Positions 28,899 to 38,812 are shown, counted from the first letter of the stretch. The stretch is DNA of 64,000 nucleotides from an uncultured Acidimicrobiales bacterium (GCA_963735395.1 CAVTKV010000013.1:23861-87860); one strand, 5' to 3'. Made by a program: numbers and translations. Notes: generated from the sequence alone by a model not told the origin.

Positions 28899-29522
28899 GT
28901 GACCACCAACGGCTTCGACGAGAAGGCCGCGACCTGGGACGACGACCCCGCCAAGGTCGAGCGTGCGCGGGCAGTCGCGCAGTCCGTTCGGGATGCCGTC
29001 CCCCTCGACGGCACCGAGCGCCTGCTCGAGTACGGCGCGGGCACAGGGCTCGTGACCGAGGCACTGCGCGACGCGGTCGGCCCCGTCACCATGGCCGACA
29101 CCTCCACCGGGATGCTCGACGTCATGCGGGCCAAGGTCGAGGCGGGGACCATCCCCGACGCCCGGATCCGGAATCTCGACCTCGCCTCCGGGCCGGTCCC
29201 CGACGAGCGCTTCGACCTCATCGTCACGGTCATGACCCTCCACCACATCGACGACCTCGCACCCGTGCTCTCCGCCTTCGGCGAGCTGCTGGAGGAGGGC
29301 GGGCACCTCTGCGTCGTCGACCTCGACGAGGAGGACGGGTCGTTCCACACCGATGACTTCCACGGCCCCCACGGGTTCGCGCGGTCGAGCCTGCGCTCCC
29401 AGCTCGCGGACGCCGGCTTCGCCGACATCGCCTTCCGCGACTGCCACCGGATCGTCCGCGGCGGCGTGGAGTATCCACTGTTCCTCGCCACGTGCACCCG
29501 TGGCGGCGCCACCGGCCCCTGA
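28899..29522 (+). CDS. class I SAM-dependent methyltransferase
   Basis: LEYGAGTGLVTEAL (motif I) and FDLIVTVMTLHHI... GTG start. Confidence 0.85.
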   Translation: MTTNGFDEKAATWDDDPAKVERARAVAQSVRDAVPLDGTERLLEYGAGTGLVTEALRDAVGPVTMADTSTGMLDVMRAKVEAGTIPDARIRNLDLASGPVPDERFDLIVTVMTLHHIDDLAPVLSAFGELLEEGGHLCVVDLDEEDGSFHTDDFHGPHGFARSSLRSQLADAGFADIAFRDCHRIVRGGVEYPLFLATCTRGGATGP

Positions 29523-29535
29523 CGTCCAGGCCGGG

Positions 29536-30045
29536 TCAACGCTGGTCGGCCAACCAGGCGTCGACGCGGCGCTCGGCCTCGGCGGGGTCGACGTCCTCGA
29601 CCCGGGTCATGACGGCCCAGCGGTGGCCGAAGGGGTCGAGGAAGGCCGCGTACCGGTCGCCCGTCACGAACGTGTCGGGCTCGCCGTAGCCGTGCGCGCC
29701 CAGCTCGACGGCCCGCGCGTACGCGGCGTCCACGTCGGGCAGGTAGACGACGGTGGAGTTGCTGACGTCGTCGTCGCCGGAACGGGCGACGAGGTGGTGG
29801 TCGGGTGCGGGGTCGCTGAGCTGCATCCGGCCGGTCGCCAGCTCGAGCTCGCAGTGCGCGACCGTCCCGTCGGGGCCGTCGTTGCGGGACACGACCCGGG
29901 CACCGAGCACGGCTGCGTAGAAGGCGATGGCCCGCTCGGCGCCGTCGACGCAGAAGTACGGGGTGAGGGTCGTGTAGCCGGGCGGGACGGGGCTGGCGGC
30001 CGGCGTCGGAGCGGTGTCGCGGTCGGTGTGGGTGGTCGCGTCCAT
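29536..30045 (-). CDS. VOC-family protein (glyoxalase/bleomycin-resistance fold, PhnB-like)
   Basis: The C-terminal 169 aa of the composite ORF (...LTPYFCVDGAERAIAFYAAVLGARVV...GDRYAAFLDPFGHRWAVM...). Confidence 0.8.
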   Translation of the reverse strand: MDATTHTDRDTAPTPAASPVPPGYTTLTPYFCVDGAERAIAFYAAVLGARVVSRNDGPDGTVAHCELELATGRMQLSDPAPDHHLVARSGDDDVSNSTVVYLPDVDAAYARAVELGAHGYGEPDTFVTGDRYAAFLDPFGHRWAVMTRVEDVDPAEAERRVDAWLADQR

Positions 30046-30153
30046 GGGGTCGATGGTGCCTACGCTGACCGCTTGGCGTCTTGCAGAAACGCGACAAATC
30101 CGCGATCCCTGCCACCGGACCTGCCCCGCCCGCCGACGTCGTCGACGGCGGGT

Positions 30154-30990
30154 GTGCTGTGGCCCGACGTCGGCCGGCGGTACTTCACCCTCACCCGCCC
30201 CGCGGCGCATGCGGACCTGGCGCCCTGGGTCGAGCGGTACTGGACGGTGCGCTGGCAGCTGCCACCGGGCACGTCGTACACCTCGACGGTGCTGACCCAC
30301 CCGAGCGTGCACCTGTCGGTGGAGTCCGGGGCGGGGCCACGACACGGCTTCGTCATGCCCGAGGCGCTGGTGCACGGCGTGGTCACCCGCACGTTCGCCG
30401 TCGAGCTGAGCGGTAGCGGGCGCGTGTTCGGGGTGAAGTTCCGGCCCGGCGGGTTCGGCGCGTTCACCGGTCGCGACGTCGCTACGCTCACCGATCGGAT
30501 CGTCCGGCTGACCGACGTGTTCGGCGAGCCGGCCAGAGACCTGCTGCGCGACGTGTGCGCGAGCGACGACGACGCCGTGGCGACGCTCCGCATGGATGCG
30601 TTCCTGCGCGAGCGCAGGCCAGCCCCGGACGACCGGTACGACCAGCTCCTCGGCATCGTCGCCGGCGTGCTCGCGGACCGCGACCTCATCACGGTGCACA
30701 CGGTCACCGAGCGCTTCGGGGTCTCGACCCGCACCCTCCAGCGGCTCTTCCGGCGCTATGTCGGGGTGGGCCCGAAGTGGGTGCTCCAGCGATTCCGGCT
30801 GCATGACGCCCAGTTGCTCCTGGAGTCCGGTGCGGCGCCCGACCTGGCGACGCTCGCCGCGAGCCTCGGTTGGTCCGACCAGGCGCACTTCAGCCGGGAC
30901 TTCCAGACCACTGTGGGGATCCCACCGGGCAGGTACACGGCCGGTCCTCGGGCCACGCCCGACGGCTTGCCCCGCCCCGCGGCGTCGTAG
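30154..30990 (+). CDS. AraC-family transcriptional regulator (DUF6597-type N-domain plus C-terminal HTH)
   Basis: The C-terminal VHTVTERFGVSTRTLQRLFRRYVGVGPKWVLQRFRLHDA...LGWSDQAHFSRDFQTTVGIPP is the AraC HTH pair. Divergent from the VOC gene. Confidence 0.8.
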   Translation: MLWPDVGRRYFTLTRPAAHADLAPWVERYWTVRWQLPPGTSYTSTVLTHPSVHLSVESGAGPRHGFVMPEALVHGVVTRTFAVELSGSGRVFGVKFRPGGFGAFTGRDVATLTDRIVRLTDVFGEPARDLLRDVCASDDDAVATLRMDAFLRERRPAPDDRYDQLLGIVAGVLADRDLITVHTVTERFGVSTRTLQRLFRRYVGVGPKWVLQRFRLHDAQLLLESGAAPDLATLAASLGWSDQAHFSRDFQTTVGIPPGRYTAGPRATPDGLPRPAAS

Positions 30991-31048
30991 CGCCGGGCTC
31001 TCGCCGGAGTCTCCCGGGTGTCATGCCTGGCGTCTTCGGCCCGGATCG

Positions 31049-31882
31049 TCACGCCGGGCCGCCCGCCTCGACCGACGGGCTGGGCGGTGCCGACAGCGTC
31101 ACCACAGCCTCGCTGGTGTAGACGACGAAGGTCAGCGTCTCGTGGAAGTACAGCCGGATGGTGGCGCTGTCGTGCTCGAGGTAGCCGATCGCGACGTCCT
31201 GGCCGATGTGCAGTTCGTAGTCGCCGCCGCGTGTGGACAGCAGGAAGGCGCCGTCGATGGCGGGTGCCCAGATGATCTCCCCGTCCACGAGACGGGAGAC
31301 GTGCTCGTGGATCGGGTAGCCCTGGTCGGAGGTCTCACTGACCGCGGTGTAGGCGTCGGCGCTGAGAACCAGTGTGTACGGACCGTTGACGCCGGCCAGT
31401 CGCAATGCGGTCACGGCTTGGCTGATGGCGTCGGGATAGCTGCGCACGTCCGTCGGGAGCGTGATCGCCGGGTTGGACGAGCTGGCGCGAATCCCGGTGA
31501 TGCCGGCCGCGGCGTACCCCTCGAAGATCGCGCGGTCTTCGGCGAAGGCCATCCGGCGGGCGGCGTCCTTGACCGGCTGCCAGTCCGCGTCCTTGGCTCC
31601 GCGTTCGACGTCGTCGACCTGTTGCCGATCGACGGTGAAGGGAACGCGCAGTTCGACGATCGGCTGCGAGCGGCGTGTATGGGCGATGACGCCGTCCGAT
31701 TGCGGATCGATGGCCTGCAGGTGCCCGGTGCCGACCGCCGACAGCTCAACCCCTCCCGGGTCCGCGACATCGACGATGCGACGGCCGGCCACGTGACTCC
31801 TGAACGTGCGCCCTGCTTCCTGCTCCAGGCCAATCCATGCGGCCGCGGAGATCGGCGCCAGTTCCCGATGCAGGTTGTTCAT
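31049..31882 (-). CDS. family 1 encapsulin nanocompartment shell protein (Mycobacterium Enc/Cfp29-like)
   Basis: MNNLHRELAPISAAAWIGLEQEAGRTFRSHVAGRRIVDV...DWQPVKDAARRMAFAEDRAIFEGY...GYPIHEHVSRLVDGEIIWAPAIDGAFLLSTRGGDYELHIGQDVAIGYLEHDSATIRLYFHETLTF is closely encapsulin-like. The internal ATG at 31882 is preceded by AAAGGAAG (RBS). Confidence 0.85.
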   Translation of the reverse strand: MNNLHRELAPISAAAWIGLEQEAGRTFRSHVAGRRIVDVADPGGVELSAVGTGHLQAIDPQSDGVIAHTRRSQPIVELRVPFTVDRQQVDDVERGAKDADWQPVKDAARRMAFAEDRAIFEGYAAAGITGIRASSSNPAITLPTDVRSYPDAISQAVTALRLAGVNGPYTLVLSADAYTAVSETSDQGYPIHEHVSRLVDGEIIWAPAIDGAFLLSTRGGDYELHIGQDVAIGYLEHDSATIRLYFHETLTFVVYTSEAVVTLSAPPSPSVEAGGPA

Positions 31883-32953
31883 CGACACGTCGCTTCCTTT
31901 GAGGTCGCCGATCCCGAGGGATTCCCGGACCGGCCTTTCAGGTTCAGGTGGCGCGCCAGTCGCGGCGTCGGCGAGCACCTCGTCTCGGACCCGGGTCGCT
32001 GCGATGCTTGGCGGATCGGGCGGGTCGTCGAGGAAGTCGGCACTCGGGACGAAGAACAGCGTGCCGGTCACGGGGGTGGAGAAATCCAGGATCCGGTCGT
32101 GCCTCGCCGGCGGATCGCCGAGGAACATCCGCTCCAGCATCCGTTCGGTGACCGTCGGGGTGCGGGCGTAACCGATGAAGTACGTGCCGAAGTCACCGCG
32201 CCCCACTTCGCCGAAGGGCATGTTGTCCCGCAGGATCTTGCGCTCTGTCCCGTCGGGATCGACGATCGTGGTCAGCGCGACATGGGAGTCGGCCGGCTTG
32301 ACGGCGTCGTCGAGCTCGATGTCGGACAGCTTCGTGCGGCCGACCACCATTTCCTGGGTCTCGACCGGCAGGGCGTTCCACGCCTGCAGATCGTGCAGGT
32401 ACTTCTGCACGATCACATAGCTCCCGCCCGCGAATTGCGGGTCCTCGTCGCCGATCAGCACGGCGTCCCTGGCCACCGGGCCGACGGGGTTCTCCGTCCC
32501 GTCGACGAAGCCGAGCAGGTCCCGTACGTCGAAGTACTTGAACCCGTGCACCTCGTCGCGGACCGTCACCACGTCGCGCACCCGATCGATGATCTGCGAC
32601 CCCAGCTCGAAGCACAGGTCGGGCCGCTGTCCCCGGATGTGGAACAGCAGGTCACCTGGTGTGGCCACAGCATGGTGGACCGGCCCGAGGAGCTCGCGGA
32701 ACGGGTGCAGCTCGACGGGGCGCGGCCCGGCGAACAGCCGGTCCCAGGCCTGGGAACCGATCCCGGTGACGCAGCTCAGCCTGCCTTCCTGCGCCCGGAA
32801 GCCGACGGCCCGCTGCACGCCCGACAGCTCGGACAGCAAGGCCCGCACGCGGGACTCACCTCCTGGATCGATCGTCACCACGAGGAAGAGCGCCGCCCTT
32901 GTCAGCGGGCTCAGCACCGCCTGGGGGATCACCTCCCGCCCGGAATCTGTCAT
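31883..32953 (-). CDS. DyP-type peroxidase (B-class, encapsulin cargo type) with a C-terminal cargo-loading peptide; no stop codon before the encapsulin ATG
   Basis: ...FKYFDVRDLLGFVDGTENP..., ...GGSYVIVQKYLHDLQAWNAL..., ...MPFGEVGRGDFGTYFIGYA.... The C-terminal ...RESLGIGDLKGSDVS matches the encapsulin targeting-peptide consensus (SLGIGSLK-like). The ORF continues in frame into MNNLHREL.... Confidence 0.85.
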
Positions 32954-33217
32954 CGCCGTTCACTCCCCCGTGCGCTGTCACGGCCGCAGGACGGTCTCGA
33001 TGACGCCGGCGGCGCGCCGGTCGAATGCACCGTACAACCCGGGCGCGTCAACGGGTTCTCAACAGCACCCAGCGTGCAGTCGCTCCGGCGCGACCTGCCT
33101 CACGCGTGCGCGTGGTTGTGGCCGGGGCCAGCATCGACGCTCGTCGACGCGATCGGCGACCACGACGGGGGCACCCGAGAGCCAGGGGCGGCCGCGAAGA
33201 CCCAATAGCCTGCCCGG

Positions 33218-34267
33218 ATGGGAGAGGTCAGCGGCGATGAGCGACGGCAAGTACGTCCTCGGCGATCGCTGCTGCTTCGACTGGCCTTGGGTGTTGCCGC
33301 CATCGGAGCGGTGGTGTTCTTCTCCTGGCGGGAGCGGCACGTGTTCACCGGTCTCACCTCGACCATGTCGCGCGTCACCTGGTACTGGGTGCCGCTCGCG
33401 TTCGTGGCGGAGATGGCCTCGATCCCTCCGCTCGCGGAGGCGCAGCGGATCTTGCTCCGGGCCGGCGGGGCGAACGTGAGCCGGCGCCGGATGAACCTGG
33501 TCACGCTGGCGAGCAACGCGGTCTCCATGTCGGTTCCTGCCGGCGTGGCCGTGGCAGAGGGTTACACCTACGCGCAGTACCGTCGGTTGGGGGCGAGCAC
33601 GGCCGTGGCCGGTTGGGCCGAGCTCGCCTCCGGTGCCCTCTCCTTCGCCGCCCTCGCCGCGGTGGCGCTGACGGGAGCCGCGACCAGCGGCGGTCGGGCG
33701 GAAGGGATACTTCTGCCGATCCTGTCCGTGGTCGTCGCGGGGTCGTTCGCCGCCGCCGCGCTGTTTAGCCATCCGAAGGTCCTCATCGCGGCGATCGACT
33801 GGATCGACGGCCACCTCAGTCGGCACCTGGGAAGATTGCGGACGATGGCCGACCGCGTTCGCCGTATCTCTCACCAGCTCAGCCACGTGAACGCTCCGAT
33901 CTCCACCTGGATGACGGCATTCTGGCTCTCCGCGGCGAACTGGCTGCTCGACGTGGCTTCGCTCGTCCTCGCCTTCCAGGCGGTCGGCGGTCCCGTCCCG
34001 TGGGGAGCGGTCCTCCTCGCGTTCGCCGGCTCGAAGGTGGTCTCGAGCATCGGGATCACGCCGGGCGGCGTGGGGATCGTCGAAGGAGGGCTCGTGGCCG
34101 TGCTCGTGGCGTACGGGACCTCTGGGTCGACCGCCGTCGCCGCGGTGGTCGTCTATCGGGCCCTGACCTTCATCGGGCTCGTCGGCCTGGGCTGGCTGGC
34201 CGCCGGGCGCTTGGCCATCGAAGCCCGGGGCCAGGCCCACCGGCCAACGGCGCCCACCCCGGCGTGA
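33218..34267 (+). CDS. lysylphosphatidylglycerol-synthase-TM-like / flippase-like membrane protein (UPF0104)
   Basis: 8 or more TM helices. ...KVVSSIGITPGGVGIVEGGLVAVL... is characteristic of the LPG_synthase_TM/MprF-like family. Confidence 0.75.
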   Translation: MGEVSGDERRQVRPRRSLLLRLALGVAAIGAVVFFSWRERHVFTGLTSTMSRVTWYWVPLAFVAEMASIPPLAEAQRILLRAGGANVSRRRMNLVTLASNAVSMSVPAGVAVAEGYTYAQYRRLGASTAVAGWAELASGALSFAALAAVALTGAATSGGRAEGILLPILSVVVAGSFAAAALFSHPKVLIAAIDWIDGHLSRHLGRLRTMADRVRRISHQLSHVNAPISTWMTAFWLSAANWLLDVASLVLAFQAVGGPVPWGAVLLAFAGSKVVSSIGITPGGVGIVEGGLVAVLVAYGTSGSTAVAAVVVYRALTFIGLVGLGWLAAGRLAIEARGQAHRPTAPTPA

Positions 34268-34294
34268 GCGGAGGCACTTGAGCGCCCGGCGTGC

Positions 34295-34312
34295 GATGAG
34301 AGATCTCTCATC
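34295..34312 (+). promoter_or_regulatory. perfect 18-bp palindrome GATGAGAGATCTCTCATC in a low-GC patch upstream of the small ORF and two-component genes
   Basis: Seen in the sequence. It lies about 45 bp upstream of 34355. A related palindrome sits at 42932. Confidence 0.4.
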
Positions 34313-34354
34313 TCCATCTCATCCTGGCGTAGTACGAGCACGTCAGAGTGGCGG

Positions 34355-34603
34355 GTGATGTCTCGGGTTCGTGCGTTGGTCGTCGCTGTGGCGGTTGGGC
34401 TCGTGGCGTTCGCCGCGGGGCGGTTGCTCGCGGGTGCTGCCGAGCCTGAGCTGCCCGAGCCGATCGTGGTGGAGGTACCCACCAGCGTGGCGCCGGACGG
34501 GTCGTCGACAACGACGACGTCGCAGCCGGTGCCGCCGACGTCCCCCGTCCCGTCGATCGTGCCTCCGCCCACGGTGGGCGCGACCAGTCCACCGCCAGTC
34601 TGA
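34355..34603 (+). CDS. small exported Pro/Thr-rich protein (hypothetical)
   Basis: The N-terminal hydrophobic segment VRALVVAVAVGLVAFAAGRLLAGA looks like a signal peptide, followed by a PT-rich tail. It sits immediately upstream of the histidine kinase. Confidence 0.4.
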   Translation: MMSRVRALVVAVAVGLVAFAAGRLLAGAAEPELPEPIVVEVPTSVAPDGSSTTTTSQPVPPTSPVPSIVPPPTVGATSPPPV

Positions 34604-34608
34604 CGACG

Positions 34609-36065
34609 ATGACGACGGGGGCGGGGGTGACGATGATTGAGCGCAGGCGGTTCCGTCTGTCCGCCAGGCTGCGGATCCTGGGGTGGATCCTGGCGTTGAC
34701 CACGCTGGCGGTCGTGGGTGCCCTCGTGCTGTCGCGGCGTCTGTTGCTCGAGCAGCTCGACGCCGAGGTGACCGATCACCTGGAGCAGGAGCTGGATGAG
34801 ATCAGGGTTCTGGCGGGTGGGCGGGACCCGGAGACCGGTCAGCCGTTCGGGGCGGACGTGGCGGCCATCTTCGACACGTTCCTGGGGCGCAACGTGCCGG
34901 GCGAGGGTGAGGCGCTGTACACGTTCGTGGACGGGAGTTTCTACAAGGCCACCCAGGCGCCGGTGCCGCTGGATCGAGGAACCGGCGGCCGGTGGCCGGT
35001 GGGCCGAGTTGACGGGCCCGGGTCACGGTGAGCTGTCCAGCGATGCGGGGTCGGTGCGTTGGGTGGCCGTGCCGCTGCGCGACGCCGAGGGCGAGACGCT
35101 GGGGGTGTTCGTGGTGGCGAACTTCCTGCGCGGCGAGCGCGACGAGATCGCCGACGCCATCAACACGGGGTTCGTGGTGGCCGGAGCGATGCTGGTGGTG
35201 GCAGCCCTGGTGGGCTGGGCGGTGGCCGGGCGGATCCTGCGACCGATCCGTGAGGTGACCGAGACCGCCCGGGCGATCAGCGAGAGCGACCTGTCAGGGC
35301 GGATCGCCGTGGAGGGTGACGACGAGATCGCGGAGCTGGCCCGCACGTTCAACGCCATGGTCGACCGGCTCGAAACGGCGTTCGTCAGTCAACGGGCTTT
35401 CATCGACGACGCCGGCCACGAGCTGCGCACGCCCATCACGATCGTGCGTGGCCATCTCGAGCTGCTGGGCGATGACCCGGACGAGCGGCGCGAGGCGGTC
35501 GCGCTGGTCACCGACGAGCTCGACCGCATGAGCCGCATCGTCGATGACCTGTTGCTGCTGGCCAAGCTGGAGCACCCCGAGTACCTCCGTCCGGCGTCGT
35601 TCGAGGTCGAGCCCTTCACCGTGGAGCTGTTCGCCAAGGCCCAGACGTTGGGCGACCGGCGCTGGCGGCTCGCGGCGGCGTCCGAGGGCATGGTGGTGGC
35701 CGACGAGCAACGCCTGACCCAGGCAGTCATGAACCTGGCCCGCAACGCCGTCGAGCACACCGGCACCGAGGCCATGATCACGCTGGGGTCGGCGGTGGTC
35801 GATGGTGAGGTGCGGTTCTGGGTGGCCGACACCGGTCCGGGCATCGCCCCTGACGAGCACGCCGCGATCTTCGAACGTTTCGCCCGGGGCGGCGATCGTC
35901 GGCGTCGCTCCGACGGCGCCGGGTTGGGGCTGGCGATCGTGCGGGCGGTGGCTGACGCGCATGGCGGACGGGTCGAGCTCGACAGCCGAGCCCGGCGCGG
36001 GTGCCGCGTTCACCATCAGCATCCCGGCACAGCGGCCCGAGGGGGCGACATGGCCCGCATCCTGA
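34609..36065 (+). pseudogene. sensor histidine kinase (TM-sensor-TM-HAMP-HisKA-HATPase) interrupted by two 1-nt frameshifts, at about 34970-35030 and about 35986
   Basis: The N-terminal sensor is in frame 1 and stops at 35031. HAMP/HisKA/HATPase (HELRTPIT..., ...GLGLAIVRAVADAHGGRVELDS) is in frame 2. The canonical C-terminus EPGAGAAFTISIPAQRPEGAT is in frame 0. As written, frame 2 runs straight into the response regulator, giving a 642-aa HK-RR fusion ORF. Confidence 0.6.
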
Positions 36066-36724
36066 TCGCCGAGGACGAGACCCGGATCGCGAGCTTCCTG
36101 GAGAAGGGCCTGCGGGCCAACGGGTTCGCCACCACGGTGGTCGACGACGGTGTGGTGGCGGCTGCCATGGCCCGAGACTCGGACTTCGACCTGCTCATCC
36201 TGGACCTCGGCCTGCCGCGGCTGCACGGCCTGGATGTGCTCCGCGCTCTGCGTGGGCGGGGCGAGCGTCTGCCCGTGCTGATCCTCACGGCTCGCGACGC
36301 GTTGGACACGACGGTCGCAGGGTTCGAGCGTGGCGCCGACGACTATGTCACCAAGCCGTTCCGGTTCGAGGAGCTGCTGGCCCGCATCCGGGTGCGGCTG
36401 CGGGGCGAGGGAGCCGAGGAGACGACCCTGCTGCGCGGCGGGCCGATGACGCTCGATCTGCGGACGCGGCGGGCCTCGGTGGGGGACCGCACCGTCGAGC
36501 TGACGGCCCGCGAGTTCGCGCTGGCCGAGACGTTCCTGCGTCACCCCGACCAGGTGCTGTCGCGCGAGCAACTCCTGTCGCACGTCTGGGGCTACGACTT
36601 CGACCCCGAGTCGAACATCGTCGACGTCTACGTGCGCTACCTCCGCAAGAAGCTGGGCGACGGCGCCATCGAGACTGTGAGGGGGATGGGCTATCGCCTG
36701 GCGACTGGCCACGGGGGGAGCTGA
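36050..36724 (+). CDS. OmpR-family response regulator
   Basis: MARILIAEDE...DLLILDLGLP... receiver domain plus a winged-helix C-terminus (...VLSREQLLSHVWGYDFDPESNIVDVYVRYLRKKL). Confidence 0.9.
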   Translation: MARILIAEDETRIASFLEKGLRANGFATTVVDDGVVAAAMARDSDFDLLILDLGLPRLHGLDVLRALRGRGERLPVLILTARDALDTTVAGFERGADDYVTKPFRFEELLARIRVRLRGEGAEETTLLRGGPMTLDLRTRRASVGDRTVELTAREFALAETFLRHPDQVLSREQLLSHVWGYDFDPESNIVDVYVRYLRKKLGDGAIETVRGMGYRLATGHGGS

Positions 36725-36774
36725 TGATCGCCTTCTCCTCCGTCTGCTCGAGCCGGGCTACTTCCACTGCGGTG

Positions 36775-37269
36775 TCACGGGATGAGGCGGAGGCCCAGGT
36801 CGGCGAGCCGGGCAGGTACGTGTTGGCGTGGGCATTGGAGGATGCTGGCCACGGCGGTCGCGTCGCTGCGGCGGATGGTGAGGATCCGGCCGTTGTAGTC
36901 GCCGCGCTCGACCTCGATGGCCCGGAGATACCGGCCGAGCAGCAGAGCCTCGGGCCCTCGGAGCTGGCGGAGGGCGACGAGATCGATCGTCATGGGAGGA
37001 TCTATGTCCGATGGTGTGGCCCGCTCGTCGTGGGGGACCATCTCGGCGACCGGCACCTTGTAGAAGCGCGCGAGGCGTTGCAGCCGATGCACAGACATCG
37101 CCCTGTCGCCGCGCTCGTACGCGCCGATGACCGAGGCCTTGAACTCGTGGTTCGAGGCGATCTCCACGTCGCGCAGCGACAGGTGCAGCTGGCGACGGAC
37201 CCCCCGCAGACGAGCCGCGCCGAATCTGGCGTACGCCTCCAGGTCGGATGGGTCATCGGCGGGCGTCAT
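36775..37269 (-). CDS. XRE-family HTH transcriptional regulator (with C-terminal domain)
   Basis: LRGVRRQLHLSLRDVEIASNHEFKASVIGAYERGDRAMSVHRLQRLARFYKVP is a Cro/C1-type HTH. ATG at 37269 with a GGGAGG RBS. Confidence 0.7.
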   Translation of the reverse strand: MTPADDPSDLEAYARFGAARLRGVRRQLHLSLRDVEIASNHEFKASVIGAYERGDRAMSVHRLQRLARFYKVPVAEMVPHDERATPSDIDPPMTIDLVALRQLRGPEALLLGRYLRAIEVERGDYNGRILTIRRSDATAVASILQCPRQHVPARLADLGLRLIP

Positions 37270-37350
37270 CGCCAGAACCTCCCTCGGCTCCGGCCGGGTG
37301 CACACCGGAGCGGTCGACGCGGCCTGACGGTGGTCTGGCAGGCTCACGCC

Positions 37351-38001
37351 ATGGCCCTGGGCTCCGCGGCGTCGGGTGACGAGGAGCCCTCGGGGCAGCA
37401 GGTGCGGTCTCGGACCGAGCGGCGCGACGCGCTCGTGCGCAGCGCGCTGACCACGCTGGGCGAGCTGGGCGAGAGGGCGACCATGGAGGATCTGGCGGCG
37501 GGAATGGGGGTGAACAAGGCGGCGCTGTACCGCTACTTCGGCAACCGTGCCGGTTTGCACCGGGCGTTGATCGGTCGCTGGGTGTCGCGTGCCCTGTCCG
37601 ACTTCCGGGCCCTCGTGTTCGCCGGCCCACCGGCCGCAGAGATGATCGAGCGCGGGTTTCTCGCCTACCTCGGCGTCCTCGAGCGGGAGCGGTCGACCTA
37701 CCTGGGCCTGACCCAGCTCGGACACGTCGCCGGTCCCCGCGGCGAGGAGCACCTCGCCGCTTACATCGCCGCCGCAGGCGATGTCGTGACCGACGTCATG
37801 TACTCGCGCTTTCCTGGCGTCCCGGCCGGCGGTGAGCTCGGCCGCACCTGGGGACAGGCGCTCGCCGGCATGTCGCACCACGTCGCGGACCGTTGGGCGC
37901 GGGCACCCTGGGCGCCCAAGGAGGACGTGGCGCGCTCGTTGACCGGCTTGATCCTTCCCGCGCTCGAAGGCAGCCTCCACGATCGATCCACCCCTCCCTA
38001 G
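37351..38001 (+). CDS. TetR-family transcriptional regulator
   Basis: The N-terminal TTLGELGERATMEDLAAGMGVNKAALYRYFGNRAGLHRAL is a TetR HTH. Divergent from the XRE regulator. Confidence 0.85.
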   Translation: MALGSAASGDEEPSGQQVRSRTERRDALVRSALTTLGELGERATMEDLAAGMGVNKAALYRYFGNRAGLHRALIGRWVSRALSDFRALVFAGPPAAEMIERGFLAYLGVLERERSTYLGLTQLGHVAGPRGEEHLAAYIAAAGDVVTDVMYSRFPGVPAGGELGRTWGQALAGMSHHVADRWARAPWAPKEDVARSLTGLILPALEGSLHDRSTPP

Positions 38002-38113
38002 CAGCGCACCACGCCCCCAGAGCGACCAGCGACACCCGGTACGGCAACACGGGTTGCAGCGTGAGTGCAACGCTACGTTGCAGCTGAACCGACCGTAGCA
38101 GCCGCCGGCATCG

Positions 38114-38812
38114 TCAGGTCCGCACGGCGAACACGATCACGTTGTCGACGTAGTGCCCGCTCGACCGGTCGAACGCACCGCCGCAGGTCACCAGCCGAAG
38201 CTCCGCGCCGGCGGTCGGGGCGTAGACGCTCTCGGTCGGGAACGCGGCCTTGGTGTGTCGCTCGATGCGCTGCACGGTGAACTCGACCCGGGAGCCGTCG
38301 GTGCGGATCACGTCGACCAGGTCGCCCGGCTGCAGCTCGCCCAACCGGTAGAACACGGCCGGGCCGCGCGTGGAGTCGACGTGCCCGGCGATGACGGCCG
38401 GGCCCTGCTCGCCCGGCTCGGGCCCCCCGGTCCACCACCCCGTGTCGTCCACATCGTCGGGAACCTCGAGAGCGCCCGACCCATCCAGCCCCAGAGGGAT
38501 GATCGGTGCGTCCACCCCGATTGCCTCCGCGTAGACGCGCATCGGGTCGGCCGCCTCGGCGTCGATGCTGGACAGCGTCGCCTGCGGGATGCCCGTGGGC
38601 GGTGGTGCCGTGGCCGGGCCGGGGGTCGCCGCCGCAACCGTCGGCGTGGTCGCCGGCTCGGTCGTGGTCGGGGCGAGGGCGTCACCCCGGGACCCGGCCG
38701 ACTGATCCGGCCCGTCCCCAGAACCCCCGCAGGCGACAAGGACGAGCGCGGCGACGGCCGCCGCGAGTCGGAACGACCCGCGGCGGCCCACCGGGAAGCA
38801 ATGGCCCAGCAT
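38114..38812 (-). CDS. sortase (class E/F-like) with a lipoprotein-type signal
   Basis: AVIAGHVDSTRGPAVFYRLGELQPGDLVDV... (His) and ...ELRLVTCGG (Cys in TLxTC). N-terminal LAAAVAALVLVACGGS. Confidence 0.85.
   Translation of the reverse strand: MLGHCFPVGRRGSFRLAAAVAALVLVACGGSGDGPDQSAGSRGDALAPTTTEPATTPTVAAATPGPATAPPPTGIPQATLSSIDAEAADPMRVYAEAIGVDAPIIPLGLDGSGALEVPDDVDDTGWWTGGPEPGEQGPAVIAGHVDSTRGPAVFYRLGELQPGDLVDVIRTDGSRVEFTVQRIERHTKAAFPTESVYAPTAGAELRLVTCGGAFDRSSGHYVDNVIVFAVRT

Noticed and set aside
36001-38070. 666-aa plus ORF 36001..38001 and 431-aa minus ORF 36775..38070 taken as single genes
   Set aside because: Each is a concatenation. The plus ORF runs through the response regulator in another frame and only its last 216 aa are the TetR gene. 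Only the C-terminal 164 aa of the minus ORF form the XRE regulator.
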